A stretch of DNA of 64,000 nucleotides, from positions 255,492-319,491 of the forward strand of contig JAZJZK010000007.1 of NCBI GenBank assembly GCA_040389905.1, written 5' to 3'. Position 1 is the stretch's first letter, and every line of letters starts with the position of its first letter. The notes under the pieces are model-generated. The model saw nothing but the letters and a program-made list of their open reading frames with translations. It was not told the DNA's origin and did not search any database. This DNA is from Gemmatimonadota bacterium (GTDB lineage: Bacteria; Gemmatimonadota; Gemmatimonadetes; Gemmatimonadales; Gemmatimonadaceae). Made by a program: the position numbers and the translations under genes. Positions 18,976 through 29,286 of this stretch are shown here, one piece after another.

Positions 18976-20232
18976 CTATTCGTACCGAAGCGCCGTCACC
19001 GGATCCAGCTTCGCCGCCCGCGCCGCCGGGATCATCCCGAACAACACCCCAGTGAACGCGCTGGTCGCCAGCGCCGCGACGACCGCCAACGGCGGCACGC
19101 TCGCCGCAATCGGCGTCGCGGACTTGATCACGAATGCCATCAGCGCACCCAACGCCAGGCCGATGATCGCGCCGATGCCCGTGAGCGTCACCGCTTCAAC
19201 GAGGAACTGCCAGAGGATCGTGCCCCGCGTCGCCCCCAGCGCCTTCCGTACGCCGATCTCGCGCGTCCGCTCCGTGACGGAGATCATCATGATCGCGATG
19301 ACGCCCACCCCGCCGACGATGAGGCCCACCGCCGACAGCACGACCATCACGAGGAAGAATGCCCCGAAGATTTTGTTGTAAACATCGAACAGCTGGTCCT
19401 GCGTGATGATGGCGAACGTGTTGTCCGAACCCGGCCGCAGTCCGCGCCGAGCGCGCAGCGAAGCGATGACGTCGTCGATCGTCTCCGCGCGTGACGCGCC
19501 TGCGGCTGGAATGACCGCCAGGCCGATGTCGTTCATGCGCGCCTTCAGCACCTTGCGAGCAGACTCGATCGGGATGATGACGCGCCCCTTGTTGCCCCCG
19601 GCGAGAAAGCTCGCCTGGTAGTGATAGATGCCGAGCACCTTGAAGGGCTGGCCCCCCACCTCGATCGTCTTGTCGATCGGATCGGATTCACCGAACAGCT
19701 GCGTGGCGAGCACGTCGTTGATCACGGCCACGCGGTCGCCCGAGGTGGCCTCGTTCGCCGTGAAGTTCCGACCGGGATAGATGTCGCCGCCGCCGTCGAT
19801 TTGCTGCCAGTTTCCGGTGAAGCCGGTGACCTGGATGCCAGTGGGGCGCTTGTCCTTGTACCCGACCGCAACACCCATGTCGAGGCGCGCTCCGGCGGTG
19901 CGGACGGTGGAGAGCCGGTTGAGCGTTTCCATGTCCGAGAGCGTGACCGGCGGATTGCGCAGCCATTTGCACGTCGCGTCGGTGCCGTCGCACGCCTCGA
20001 AGGTGATGGGATAGCGCGAGACGAAGAACGTCGTCGGTCCCGTGCTCTCGAAATCCTTCGCGACGCTGTCGTTGATACCGTGGATGGCCGCGGAGATGAC
20101 CACGACCACGAACACGCCGACGGCGATACCGAGGATCGTGAGGCCTGCGCGGACTTTGTTCGCACGAATCGAGTCGAGGGCGATGGTCACGCCTTCGCGA
20201 ATCGTATGCATGCGCTGTGAGAAGGTCGCCAT
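18976..20232 (-). CDS. MacB/FtsX-type ABC permease, type B, pair 2
   Basis: Same motifs; 'FEACDGTDATCKW', 'DPVTALRYE'. Confidence 0.95.
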   Translation of the reverse strand: MATFSQRMHTIREGVTIALDSIRANKVRAGLTILGIAVGVFVVVVISAAIHGINDSVAKDFESTGPTTFFVSRYPITFEACDGTDATCKWLRNPPVTLSDMETLNRLSTVRTAGARLDMGVAVGYKDKRPTGIQVTGFTGNWQQIDGGGDIYPGRNFTANEATSGDRVAVINDVLATQLFGESDPIDKTIEVGGQPFKVLGIYHYQASFLAGGNKGRVIIPIESARKVLKARMNDIGLAVIPAAGASRAETIDDVIASLRARRGLRPGSDNTFAIITQDQLFDVYNKIFGAFFLVMVVLSAVGLIVGGVGVIAIMMISVTERTREIGVRKALGATRGTILWQFLVEAVTLTGIGAIIGLALGALMAFVIKSATPIAASVPPLAVVAALATSAFTGVLFGMIPAARAAKLDPVTALRYE

Positions 20233-20235
20233 GAG

Positions 20236-21480
20236 CTACTCCTGCCTCAGCGCGTCGATGGGATCGAGCCGCGATGCGCGGCTCGCCGGATAGACGCCCG
20301 CGATGATGCCGACGCCGGCACCAATCGAGATGCCCACCACCACGGACCAGAGCTCGACCGCCGCCGGTAATGGTGTCACCGCCGCGATCAGTTGGGCGAA
20401 GGCGAAGCCCGTGGCGACGCCGAGGGCCGCACCCACGGTGCTCAGCGTCGCGCTTTCCACGAGGAACTGCGACATGATGTCCCGCCGCTTCGCACCGAGC
20501 GCCTTGCGGATACCGATTTCGCGCGTGCGCTCGGCGACGGCCACCAGCATGATGTTCATGATCACGATTGCTCCGACGACCAACCCGATGGCCGGCAGCG
20601 CCACGCCCGCCATCACCAGGTAGCCCTTGATCTTGTTCCAGAACTCGAGCGCCGACTCCGACGTCTCCAGCTCGAAATTGTCTTTCTGGTTCGGTCGCAG
20701 GCCATGCCGCGCCCGCATCACCTGTCGCACCGACTCCATCGCCTCGAGCATCCCCTCTCGGCTCGGCGTCTGGAACATCACAGCGTCGATGACACCGTGG
20801 GCGTTCACGTATCGATTCAGCGGCGACTTGTGTGGCGCGATGATGAACTTGTCGAAGGAGAGTCCGAACGCGCTCCCCTGCTTTTCCATCAGCCCGACGA
20901 CCGTATACGGAATACCTCGAATCGTGAGCTCGCGGTTGACTGGATCGAGGGCAGGGAAGAAGTAGTCGGCAACGTCCTGCCCGATGACGATCACGTTCAT
21001 CCCGCGCTCGTATTCCTGCGGCGAAAACAGCCGGCCACTTACCGGTGCCATTCGCTTGATGTTGAAATAGTCTTCCGTGACGGTATACGTCTGCACCTGC
21101 TGTGGCTTCGCCACGTAGCGCGACTGCGCACTCAGGTTGTCATTGCCGAGGACTGCCCAGTGCACGCCTTCGGGCAAGGCGTCGACGACGGGCTGCACAT
21201 CGCTATCCTTGATGCGCGGCCGGCGGCGCATCTGACGGAAATAGTCGTCGTCGTGATCGCCGATGTTGATGTTCGGGCGGTATCGGAGCTCGAACGAGTT
21301 GATCGCCATGATCTTGCCGACGAGCTGGTCGGTCATGTAGCGGCTCATGCCGCCGACGATTGAGACAACGGCGATCAGAAATGTGACACCGATCATCACG
21401 CCCAGGAGGGTGAAGAAGCTCTTGAGCTTCTGGACCCAGATCTGCTGGAGCGCGAGGCGAATTGCGTCGAAAAACGGCAT
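20236..21480 (-). CDS. MacB/FtsX-type ABC permease, type A, pair 2
   Basis: 'MPFFDAIRLALQQIWVQKLKSFFTLLG', 'DPIDALRQE'. Confidence 0.95.
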   Translation of the reverse strand: MPFFDAIRLALQQIWVQKLKSFFTLLGVMIGVTFLIAVVSIVGGMSRYMTDQLVGKIMAINSFELRYRPNINIGDHDDDYFRQMRRRPRIKDSDVQPVVDALPEGVHWAVLGNDNLSAQSRYVAKPQQVQTYTVTEDYFNIKRMAPVSGRLFSPQEYERGMNVIVIGQDVADYFFPALDPVNRELTIRGIPYTVVGLMEKQGSAFGLSFDKFIIAPHKSPLNRYVNAHGVIDAVMFQTPSREGMLEAMESVRQVMRARHGLRPNQKDNFELETSESALEFWNKIKGYLVMAGVALPAIGLVVGAIVIMNIMLVAVAERTREIGIRKALGAKRRDIMSQFLVESATLSTVGAALGVATGFAFAQLIAAVTPLPAAVELWSVVVGISIGAGVGIIAGVYPASRASRLDPIDALRQE

Positions 21481-21511
21481 GGTCGTGTTGGAGTTGCGGT
21501 ACAGCGGGACC

Positions 21512-21538
21512 TACGCGTTGCGTCCGGTAGAAGTGTCA
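21512..21538 (-). promoter_or_regulatory. ECF-sigma-like promoter TGACAC-N17-CGTA
   Basis: 31 nt upstream of the permease start at 21480. Confidence 0.7.
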
Positions 21539-21567
21539 GTCGGACACTTGCTCGAGGTTACGTAGTC

Positions 21568-21680
21568 ATTCACGTCCTTTTTCACGGGGCTTTTCACGTC
21601 GTTATTCACGTGGCTCGTAAGTGCCGTGAATACAAACGTGAAAAGAAACGTGAAAAAGAACGTGAAAACAAACGTGTAAC
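21568..21680. repeat. Inverted pair of 12-nt periodic tracts (TTTTCACG.. / ..CGTGAAAA)
   Basis: 4 TTCACG units then 4-5 CGTGAAAA units at 12-nt spacing. Confidence 0.85.
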
Positions 21681-21731
21681 GGCGTGGCTACGAACCGCGG
21701 TGGGGTCGGAGTCGTTGAAAAATGACGAACC

Positions 21732-22988
21732 CTACTCGTACCGCAGCGCGGCCACCGGGTCCAGCTTCGCCGCCTTGGCTGCCGGCAACATCCCGAACAA
21801 CACCCCGGTGAACGCCGAAGACAGCAGCGCCGCCAGCACTGCCATCGGCGGCACACTCGCCGCAACGGGCGTCATGGACTTGATCGCGAACGCCATCACC
21901 GCACCGAAGAAGAGTCCAATCACCGCCCCGATTCCCGTGAGCGTGACTGCCTCGACGAGAAACTGCCACAGAATGGTGCTGCGCGTCGCTCCGAGCGCCT
22001 TCCGAACCCCGATTTCCCGCGTGCGTTCCGTGACCGAGATCATCATGATGGCGATAACGCCGACGCCGCCGACGATCAGACCAACGCCCGAGAGCACCAC
22101 CATGACCAGGAAGAACGCGCCGAAGACCTTGTTGTAGATCTCGAACAACTGGTCTTGCGTGATGATCGCGAAGTCATTGTCGGCCGCCGGCCGCAGTCCG
22201 TGCCTGCCGCGCATCAACGCGATCACATCATCGATCGCATCTGCACGAGTGGACCCCGTGGCGGGAATGACCGACACACCCATCTGGTCGTAGTCCTGAC
22301 CGAGGTGTTTCTTCGCTGCCTCGATCGCGATGATGCCTTTGGGGCTATCACCGCCGCCGAGGAAGCTTGCCTTGTAGTGATAAACGCCGATCACCTTGAA
22401 GGGCTCGCTGCCAATGTTCACCGTCTTGTCGATCGGATCGGATTCACCGAACAACTGCTTCGCCAGTTCCTCGTTGACGATCACCACGCGGTCGCCGGCG
22501 TTCGCTTCCGCCTGCGTGAAGTTGCGCCCGGGATAAAGATCGCCGCCGCCGTCGATCTGCTGCCAGTTACCCGTGTAGCCGTCGATCGAAACGCCAGTGA
22601 CCCGCTTGTCCCGGTAGGATGCGTTGCGCGATGTCTGAATCTGTGCGCCAGCCGTTCGCACCGATGACAAATCGGCGATCGCCTCGACGTCAGCGAGCTT
22701 CAACGGCGGATTTCGCCGGTACTTGCACGTATTCTCGGTGCCGTCACACGCTTCGAAGCTGATCGGAAAACGCGAGACGAAGAAGGTCGTCGGCCCTGCG
22801 CTCTCGAAGTCCTTGGCGACGCTCTCGTTGATGCCGTGAATCGCGGCGGAGATGACGACGACGACGAACACGCCGACCGCGATCCCAAGGATGGTGAGAC
22901 TTGCGCGCACCTTGTTGGCGCGGATGGAGTCGAGGGCAATCGACACGCCCTCGCGGATCGTGTGCGTGCGCTCTGAAAACGTGGCCAT
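21732..22988 (-). CDS. MacB/FtsX-type ABC permease, type B, pair 1
   Basis: 'FEACDGTENTCKY', 'TERTREIGVRKALGA', 'DPVAALRYE'. Confidence 0.95.
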   Translation of the reverse strand: MATFSERTHTIREGVSIALDSIRANKVRASLTILGIAVGVFVVVVISAAIHGINESVAKDFESAGPTTFFVSRFPISFEACDGTENTCKYRRNPPLKLADVEAIADLSSVRTAGAQIQTSRNASYRDKRVTGVSIDGYTGNWQQIDGGGDLYPGRNFTQAEANAGDRVVIVNEELAKQLFGESDPIDKTVNIGSEPFKVIGVYHYKASFLGGGDSPKGIIAIEAAKKHLGQDYDQMGVSVIPATGSTRADAIDDVIALMRGRHGLRPAADNDFAIITQDQLFEIYNKVFGAFFLVMVVLSGVGLIVGGVGVIAIMMISVTERTREIGVRKALGATRSTILWQFLVEAVTLTGIGAVIGLFFGAVMAFAIKSMTPVAASVPPMAVLAALLSSAFTGVLFGMLPAAKAAKLDPVAALRYE

Positions 22989-22991
22989 GGT

Positions 22992-24236
22992 CTACTCCTG
23001 CCTCAATGCATCGATGGGATCCAGCCGAGACGCGCGACTCGCTGGATACACGCCAGCGATGATCCCAACGCCGGCACCGATCGAGATGCCGACGACCACC
23101 GACCAGATTTCAACCGCGGCCGGAAGTGGACTCACGAGGGAAATAATCTTCGCGAAGGCAAAGCCCGTCGCCACGCCGAGTGCCGCGCCGACGGTGCTCA
23201 GCGTCGCACTCTCGACGAGAAACTGCGACATGATGTCGCGGCGCTTCGCACCGAGTGCCTTCCGGATGCCGATTTCGCGCGTGCGCTCCGCGACAGCGAC
23301 GAGCATGATGTTCATGATGACGATCGCGCCGACGACCAACCCGATCGCGGGTAGGGCCACGCCCGCCATGACGAGATAGCCCTTGATCTTGTTCCAGAAT
23401 TCCAGCGCGGAATCGGACGTCTGGAGCTCGAAGTTGTCTTTCTGGTTGGGCCGCAGTTGGTGTCGAATGCGCATGACCTCGCGCACCTTGTCCATCGTCG
23501 TGATCAGCTCACCGCTACTCGGCGTCTGGATGATGATCGAGTTGATGACGCCGTGCAGGTTGACGAGGCGGTTCAGCGGAGAGGTGTGGGGCGCGATGAT
23601 GAATTGGTCGAACGACTGGCCGAATGCGCTGCCCTGCGTTTCCATCACGCCGACGACCGTGTAGGGAATGCCCTTGACGATCAATTCGCGGCCGATCGGG
23701 TCGAGTCCGGCGAAGTAGTGCTTCGCGACGTCCTGCCCGACGACGATGGAGTTCGTGCCGTGCGCGAACTCCTGCGGGCTGAAAAGGCGGCCAGACACGG
23801 GCGCCATGCGCTTGATGTCGAAGTAGTCGCTGGTCACGGTAAAAACCCGCACCGCCTTGGGCTTGAGCTGGTATTTCGACTCAGCCATCTGGCTGCCGAT
23901 ACCCACGGCCGCCCAGCGCACGTCCTTCGGCAGCACGGCGACCACGGGCTCGATGTCCGATTCCAAGATGCGCGGACGCCGCCGCACCTCGCGCTGATGT
24001 TCCTCGGAGTTATCGCCGATGTTGATGCTCGGCCGCTGGCGCAGCTCGAACGAGTTGATCGCCATGATCTTCCCAACGAGCTCGTCGCTCATGTAGCGGT
24101 TCATCCCGCCAACGATCGAGACGACGGCGATGAGGAACGTGACGCCGATCATGACGCCGAGGAGGGTGAAGAAGCTCTTGAGCTTCTGGACCCAGATCGT
24201 CTGGAGGGCAAGGCGGACGGCTTCTATGAACGGCAT
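22992..24236 (-). CDS. MacB/FtsX-type ABC permease, type A, pair 1
   Basis: 'MPFIEAVRLALQTIWVQKLKSFFTLLG', 'DPIDALRQE'. Confidence 0.95.
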   Translation of the reverse strand: MPFIEAVRLALQTIWVQKLKSFFTLLGVMIGVTFLIAVVSIVGGMNRYMSDELVGKIMAINSFELRQRPSINIGDNSEEHQREVRRRPRILESDIEPVVAVLPKDVRWAAVGIGSQMAESKYQLKPKAVRVFTVTSDYFDIKRMAPVSGRLFSPQEFAHGTNSIVVGQDVAKHYFAGLDPIGRELIVKGIPYTVVGVMETQGSAFGQSFDQFIIAPHTSPLNRLVNLHGVINSIIIQTPSSGELITTMDKVREVMRIRHQLRPNQKDNFELQTSDSALEFWNKIKGYLVMAGVALPAIGLVVGAIVIMNIMLVAVAERTREIGIRKALGAKRRDIMSQFLVESATLSTVGAALGVATGFAFAKIISLVSPLPAAVEIWSVVVGISIGAGVGIIAGVYPASRASRLDPIDALRQE

Positions 24237-24254
24237 TGTCTAAGCGACTGGGGA

Positions 24255-24503
24255 TAGGAGCTAGGTGCTAGGTGCTAGGTGCTAGGAGCTAGGTGCTAGG
24301 TGCAAAGGGACAGCCGCTCGTTTTGTCGCCCTGAGCGTAGCGAAGGGCCTGCACCTCACGCCGTGGAACTGCACGTGCAGATCCCTCGACTTCGCTCGGG
24401 ATGACATCCAGTCTGTATGCTACCTGAATGACGAACGAGCCGCGCTGAAAGTCAGCGCGGCTCGCAGTTTTTCCTAGCCCCTAACTCCTAGCGCCTAGCC
24501 CCT
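24255..24503. repeat. Heptamer tracts (TAGGTGC)n ... (CCTAGCN)n enclosing REP-A, REP-B and a GC hairpin
   Basis: Heptamers 24255-24303; REP-A 24320-24356; REP-B 24376-24406; hairpin CGAGCCGCGCTGA-AAG-TCAGCGCGGCTCG 24436-24464; inverse heptamers 24473-24503. Confidence 0.9.
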
Positions 24504-24513
24504 GAAAAACTAC

Positions 24514-25326
24514 TTACTTCAAGACCGGAGCCGGGATTCCCAGCTTCTCCACGAACGTCGACCGGCGATCATCAGAAGAAACCAAGCCGTCCCGGAGCAC
24601 GACGATACGCCGCGCGTGCGCTGCGATGTCGGGCTCGTGCGTGACCATGATGACCGTCTGGCCCTGATCCGCCAGGTTTTCGAACACACGCATGATTTCC
24701 TCGGACGTCGTCGAGTCGAGGTTACCAGTCGGTTCGTCAGCGAGCAGGATGGAGGGGTTGTTCACGAGCGCCCGTGCGATGGCAACGCGCTGGCGCTGAC
24801 CGCCGGACAACTCGTTCGGACGGTGATCCATGCGCTTGTCGAGCTGGACGCGCGTGAGCGCTTCCGCGGCGCGACGCTTGCGCTCGTCGGCCGGGACGCC
24901 GGCGTAGACCAGCGGAAGCTCCACGTTGTGCAGCGCGGTTGCGCGGGGAAGCAGGTTGAACGTCTGGAAGACGAAGCCGATTTCCTTGTTGCGGACGCGG
25001 GCGAGCTCGTCGTCGCTCATCTTCGAGACTTCCTTGCCATTGAGCCAGTATTCGCCGGCGTTCGGCGTGTCCAGACAGCCGATGACGTTCATCAGCGTGG
25101 ACTTGCCGGAGCCGGACGGGCCCATGATGGCGACGTATTCGTTGCGCATGATCGCGAGGTCGACCCCGCGCAGCGCGCGGACGACTTCGCCACCCATGTC
25201 GTACTCACGCTTGATGCCACGGGTGACGATGACCCAATCCTTGCCCGGCATCGCGCCCGGAACCGAGACCACCGCCTGCCGCTCGGCCGTCATGCCAAGC
25301 GGCGCTTCTACTGTGTCGTTGCTCAC
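24514..25326 (-). CDS. MacB/LolD-type ABC ATPase
   Basis: Walker A 'GPSGSGKST', 'FVFQTFNLL', '[15 protein letters not shown]', 'ADEPTGNLD'. Confidence 0.97.
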   Translation of the reverse strand: MSNDTVEAPLGMTAERQAVVSVPGAMPGKDWVIVTRGIKREYDMGGEVVRALRGVDLAIMRNEYVAIMGPSGSGKSTLMNVIGCLDTPNAGEYWLNGKEVSKMSDDELARVRNKEIGFVFQTFNLLPRATALHNVELPLVYAGVPADERKRRAAEALTRVQLDKRMDHRPNELSGGQRQRVAIARALVNNPSILLADEPTGNLDSTTSEEIMRVFENLADQGQTVIMVTHEPDIAAHARRIVVLRDGLVSSDDRRSTFVEKLGIPAPVLK

Positions 25327-26606
25327 GTTTTTGCTGCCGTCGCCGGCTTCTTGGGGTCGACCTTCGGTTCGCGAACGAGCGCACCGTCCTTCAGCTCGCG
25401 GATTGCCTGGTACGTGCCAGCCACGATCTTGTCACCAGCCTTCAGGCCGTTGATGACTTCGAAGTGCTTCTCACCAGCAATCCCTACCTTTACGGGCCGG
25501 AAGGTCACTTTGTTGTCCGTGCCCACTACAAAGACACCTTCAACGTCTTTCTTGCCGACTTCCTTCTTCGGTTTGGCCTTTCCGAGCCCGACCGCGGTAT
25601 CACCCTTGGTCAGGGCCTCGTTCTCACGAACGGTCAGCGCGATGATCGGGATCGAGAGCGCCTGCTTCCGGGTGTCCGTGATGATCTTCGCCGTGGCGGA
25701 GAAGTCCGGACGCGTCTCGGCCGGCGTGTTCACGAGCTGGATGGTGACTTCGTAGTCCACCGCCTGATCGGTCCCGGTCGCCGTCGCGCCCTTGACCGCG
25801 CTGTTCGAGATCTTGGTCACCTTGCCGATGAAGGTCGTATCGGGGAAGGCATCGATCTGGATGACCGCGGAGTCGCCAATCGTGATGCGTGCGACATCCG
25901 TTTCGTCAACCTTGACCTTGGTCTCCAGCACGCTCATGTCGGCGATCGTGAGCAGCGTGGCGGCGTCCTTGTTCATCGTGCCCTGGATTGCCGTTTCGCC
26001 ATTCTCGACGACAAGGCGCGTCACGCGGCCCGACATTGGCGCGTAAATGGACGTCTTGCCAAGAGCGCTCTGAGCGTCGCGGAGCAGCGCGGTCGACTGG
26101 TCGACCTGGTGCTTCGCCGCATCGAACTGTGCCTTGTTCACTTCCACCGCCGTGCGGAGCTGTTCCATCTGCTCTTCAGCGATGAGCTGCGGGTTGGTCT
26201 TCTTGATCTTCGCGGTGCGGTCCAGACTGTTCTGCGCCTGGAGCAGATTGGCGTTCGCCTGCGCCATCTGCGCCTTGGACGACGCGACGGACGCTTCCAT
26301 GCGTTCCACCGCCGCCTGCGCCTGCTGCGCATCGATCTGGAGCAGGAACTGGCCCTTGGTGACCATCTGGCCTTCCTTCACTGCCAGCCTGACAATTTTG
26401 CCGGTGATGTCGGAGCTGAGGTCGACCTTGGTCTGCGGGCGGACCTGGCCGCTGGCGGTGACCGAGGCGATCAGATCGCGGGCCTGGACCAGTTCCGTGC
26501 GCACTTCAACGGCCTTGTTGCCGCGCTTCGCGGCAGTCAGGGCAGCGATGGCGCCGAGCACCACGATCACCCCGCCAAACACGCCAAACTTCACTTTCTT
26601 GCTCAT
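25323..26606 (-). CDS. Efflux periplasmic adaptor (MacA/HlyD family)
   Basis: N-terminal TM, lipoyl-like 'ITGKIV.L.VKEGQ.V.KGQ', coiled hairpin, 'IYAPMSG', 'VDETD'. Confidence 0.93.
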   Translation of the reverse strand: MSKKVKFGVFGGVIVVLGAIAALTAAKRGNKAVEVRTELVQARDLIASVTASGQVRPQTKVDLSSDITGKIVRLAVKEGQMVTKGQFLLQIDAQQAQAAVERMEASVASSKAQMAQANANLLQAQNSLDRTAKIKKTNPQLIAEEQMEQLRTAVEVNKAQFDAAKHQVDQSTALLRDAQSALGKTSIYAPMSGRVTRLVVENGETAIQGTMNKDAATLLTIADMSVLETKVKVDETDVARITIGDSAVIQIDAFPDTTFIGKVTKISNSAVKGATATGTDQAVDYEVTIQLVNTPAETRPDFSATAKIITDTRKQALSIPIIALTVRENEALTKGDTAVGLGKAKPKKEVGKKDVEGVFVVGTDNKVTFRPVKVGIAGEKHFEVINGLKAGDKIVAGTYQAIRELKDGALVREPKVDPKKPATAAKT

Positions 26607-26628
26607 ATGATTATCTCGGTGGGGAGAA

Positions 26629-28092
26629 CTAGCGGAGGGGATGGCCGACCGCGTTCTCGAGCGCGGCAAAGGCCTTATGGTAGTCGTACACGGCGTTGAC
26701 GCGATCGATCAGCGCCTGCTCGTAGCTGCCACGGGAGGTGACGACATCGAGGAAGGTGGATGCGCCGACCTTGTACCGCTCTTCGGCGTACGCCAATTCT
26801 TCCTTTGCCTTCGCCGCGTTCTGCTCCTGCAGCTTGACCGTCTGCACGGCGGTCGTGAGCGTGCGGTAGGCCTGCGTCACATCGGCGGTCAGCGCCAAAT
26901 CCTTTGCCTTCACGTTGTACTGCGCGTCCTCGCGGCTCACCTGCGCCTGCTGCACTCGCTCCTCGCGGGAGAAGTTGTCGAACAGGGGAAGGGAAAGCTG
27001 CGCGCTCAGCGCCAGTGGTGAGCGCTGGAAGTTGAAGGGGAACTGGCTGTTGCGGTCGCGAATGGCATCGGCCTGCGCGGTCGTGAACTGATATTTCGAC
27101 CCGTTGCAATTCGCGCTCGGCAACCCGACCCGAGTGCGGATCGAGTCCTGTTGAAAGCAATCGATCTGCGCGCCGATAATGCCGGCCTGCGCCTGATTGA
27201 CCAGGTAGTCGCTGTTCGTGTACTGGTATGAGTTGCCGCCCAGGCCCGTGCTCAGTGACAACGTGGGGGTGTACGCCGACTTGGCGACTTCCAGGTTGAG
27301 CCCCGCCGACCGGTCGCGCGCGCGGAGCGCGACGATCGCCGGGTTGCGGCTCCGCGCGTCGTCGAGCAACGAGGCGAGCTGGAAGTTGGGTTCCACAATC
27401 TGGAAATCCGTAACCAGCTTCGCGTTCTCCGGCTGCGGCACGCCCATCTGCTGGTAGAGCCGCAGCTTCTCGATTTCGACGTTGTTGCGCTCACGAAGCA
27501 GCGCCACCTGCGTCTGGCCGAGTGCGACTTCGGCGCGACGGATGTCGAGGGAGGTTCCGGATCCGACTTCCACCTTTGCCTTCGCGAGGTCGAGCTGCGT
27601 CTGGGCCGTGAGGACCAGTGTGTCCTGCAATGCGGCGCGCGCCTGGGCCTGGAGTACGCTCAGGTACTGCTGTGTCACCGTGGCGCGGAGGTTTTCCGCC
27701 GATCCCGCCACATCTGCCTCGACCGCATCCCGATTGGCCACTGCGGCCTTGGGCGTCAGGAACGTGGAGCGATTGACGCGGTAGCTGAGGCCAATGCTGT
27801 AACCCGACTGCAACGTTGCAGAACTGTTACTGAACGACTGGCCGCTGAACACCTGCTGGCCGGCCTGCTGATAGCGGCTGGAGAAAGAAGCATCGGCAGA
27901 GGGCAGCAGGCCGCCGCGCGCGCTGCGAATGGCGGCGTCCGCCGTGCGACGCGCGTTCGCCTGTGAGAGATACACGGGATTGTTACGCCGGGCGAGCGTG
28001 ATCGCGTCGTCCAGAGTGAGCGTGGCCGTGCCGGTCTGAGCCTGAAGTACGGGCGCCGCGGCTACAACGGCAAGCGCGAACAAAATACGCAT
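26629..28092 (-). CDS. TolC-family outer membrane efflux channel
   Basis: Signal peptide; 'LTLDDAI.LARRNNP', two OEP repeats, 'ERYKVG.STFLDV'. Confidence 0.92.
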   Translation of the reverse strand: MRILFALAVVAAAPVLQAQTGTATLTLDDAITLARRNNPVYLSQANARRTADAAIRSARGGLLPSADASFSSRYQQAGQQVFSGQSFSNSSATLQSGYSIGLSYRVNRSTFLTPKAAVANRDAVEADVAGSAENLRATVTQQYLSVLQAQARAALQDTLVLTAQTQLDLAKAKVEVGSGTSLDIRRAEVALGQTQVALLRERNNVEIEKLRLYQQMGVPQPENAKLVTDFQIVEPNFQLASLLDDARSRNPAIVALRARDRSAGLNLEVAKSAYTPTLSLSTGLGGNSYQYTNSDYLVNQAQAGIIGAQIDCFQQDSIRTRVGLPSANCNGSKYQFTTAQADAIRDRNSQFPFNFQRSPLALSAQLSLPLFDNFSREERVQQAQVSREDAQYNVKAKDLALTADVTQAYRTLTTAVQTVKLQEQNAAKAKEELAYAEERYKVGASTFLDVVTSRGSYEQALIDRVNAVYDYHKAFAALENAVGHPLR

Positions 28093-28128
28093 CGGAGGGA
28101 AGTTCCTGTTGTGATGGTCACCGTCCCG

Positions 28129-28155
28129 TACGGGGCAGTGGTTGGAGCGGTTTCA
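28129..28155 (-). promoter_or_regulatory. ECF-sigma-like promoter TGAAAC-N17-CGTA
   Basis: 36 nt upstream of tolC; resembles the B. subtilis sigmaW consensus TGAAAC-N16-CGTA. Confidence 0.75.
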
Positions 28156-28218
28156 GACAAATCTTTGACGACCGAGCGGCACCTTTGGCAATCCTGTTTT
28201 CCGCTTGGGTTGTCGCGT

Positions 28219-28365
28219 TGTTCCGCTTGTTTTGTCGCCCTGAGCGAAGCAAAGGGCCCGCACCTGCTGTTCCGCCTGTTATGTCGCCCTGAACGAAGTG
28301 AAGGGCCCGCACCTGCTGTTCCGCGTGTTTTGTCGCCCTGAGCGAAGCGAAGGGCCCGCACCTGC
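28219..28365 (+). repeat. Three tandem 49-bp REP-A units
   Basis: TGTTCCGC.TGTT.TGTCGCCCTGA.CGAAG..AAGGGCCCGCACCTGC at 28219, 28268, 28317. Confidence 0.95.
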
Positions 28366-28370
28366 TTTAG

Positions 28371-29120
28371 TTACGCAGTGTCGTCCGGTCCAGGCGCAAC
28401 GAAGACTCGGGCACGGACCTTTTCGCGGATATGGGCGTAGATCGCTGCACCCTTGGCCGCCGTCGCAAGGGTCGGCCGCCCGATCGAGCCTGAGCTCCCC
28501 TGCGGGATCTTCAGCCACCCTCGGCGGTATCGCCGCAGCTCTTCGCGCGACATCATATAGTCCTCCGCCAGATCCATCTGCACCAAGTGGGGGGCGAGAA
28601 AGAGCATGAGTGAAGTATCCACCTCGTCGCCGTGCATCGGCTCGGTCTGCCCCTCGAGGAACGCACGGGTATTGACCGCGAAAATGTCCACGACGCGCAC
28701 CCGCGCTTTCGTGGTAATGACGGTCGAAAGGGCTTCCTGGTGCGGATCGTGTTCGTGTGCGGTGAGTAGAATGAATTCCCTGACCCCGGTGGACTCCCAT
28801 GTATCGAGCAAATCGTTGAGCATGCGGTGCAACGTCTTCTTGCGCACTGACGCATTGCCGGCGAAGCCGCGCTCCGTGTCCACGTTGACGCCGTACTCGA
28901 TCGTCGGGGCGCGAAGCACGCCGAACTCCGCCGAGAGGTCGTCGGCCAGGTGTTCGACAATGAGGGTGTCCGCACCGAGGGGCAGATGCCGCCCGTGCTG
29001 TTCGCACGTGCCGACGGGAACGATCAGGCGGGTGTCGCGCTCGAGCGTGGCGCGAATTTCGTCGGGGCGCATTTCCTTGATGCGACGCGGCGTTGTCGTT
29101 TCGGGCGTGGAGTAGGTCAT
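28371..29120 (-). CDS. Creatininase-family amidohydrolase
   Basis: 'PVGTCEQHGRHLPLGAD', 'HGDEVDTS', 'G.PTLATAAKG'. Confidence 0.85.
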   Translation of the reverse strand: MTYSTPETTTPRRIKEMRPDEIRATLERDTRLIVPVGTCEQHGRHLPLGADTLIVEHLADDLSAEFGVLRAPTIEYGVNVDTERGFAGNASVRKKTLHRMLNDLLDTWESTGVREFILLTAHEHDPHQEALSTVITTKARVRVVDIFAVNTRAFLEGQTEPMHGDEVDTSLMLFLAPHLVQMDLAEDYMMSREELRRYRRGWLKIPQGSSGSIGRPTLATAAKGAAIYAHIREKVRARVFVAPGPDDTA

Positions 29121-29286
29121 TCTGAACGACGCAGCAAGTCAGATCCCGAAGACGGCCGACCGGCGTCCGCTGATTGCTCCGGCGGCGGTCGCCGTTGCGA
29201 TCCTGGCCTGTAGCAAGTGGCTAGCGGAGCCTCGCGTAGGTTATCTAGCGGTCTGCATCCTCGCCACCGTTGCAGCCGCGTACGCT

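Noticed and set aside
24616..26699. Long antisense ORFs opposite the ATPase/adaptor and other genes
   Set aside because: Typical shadow ORFs of high-GC coding strands.
28219..28365. Mini-CRISPR
   Set aside because: Three contiguous 49-bp REP-A units without variable spacers; the same unit is dispersed singly elsewhere.
28371..29120. Creatininase as MftE-like peptidase of a RiPP cluster exported by the ABC system
   Set aside because: No precursor peptide or maturase nearby; separated from tolC by REPs and a separate promoter.
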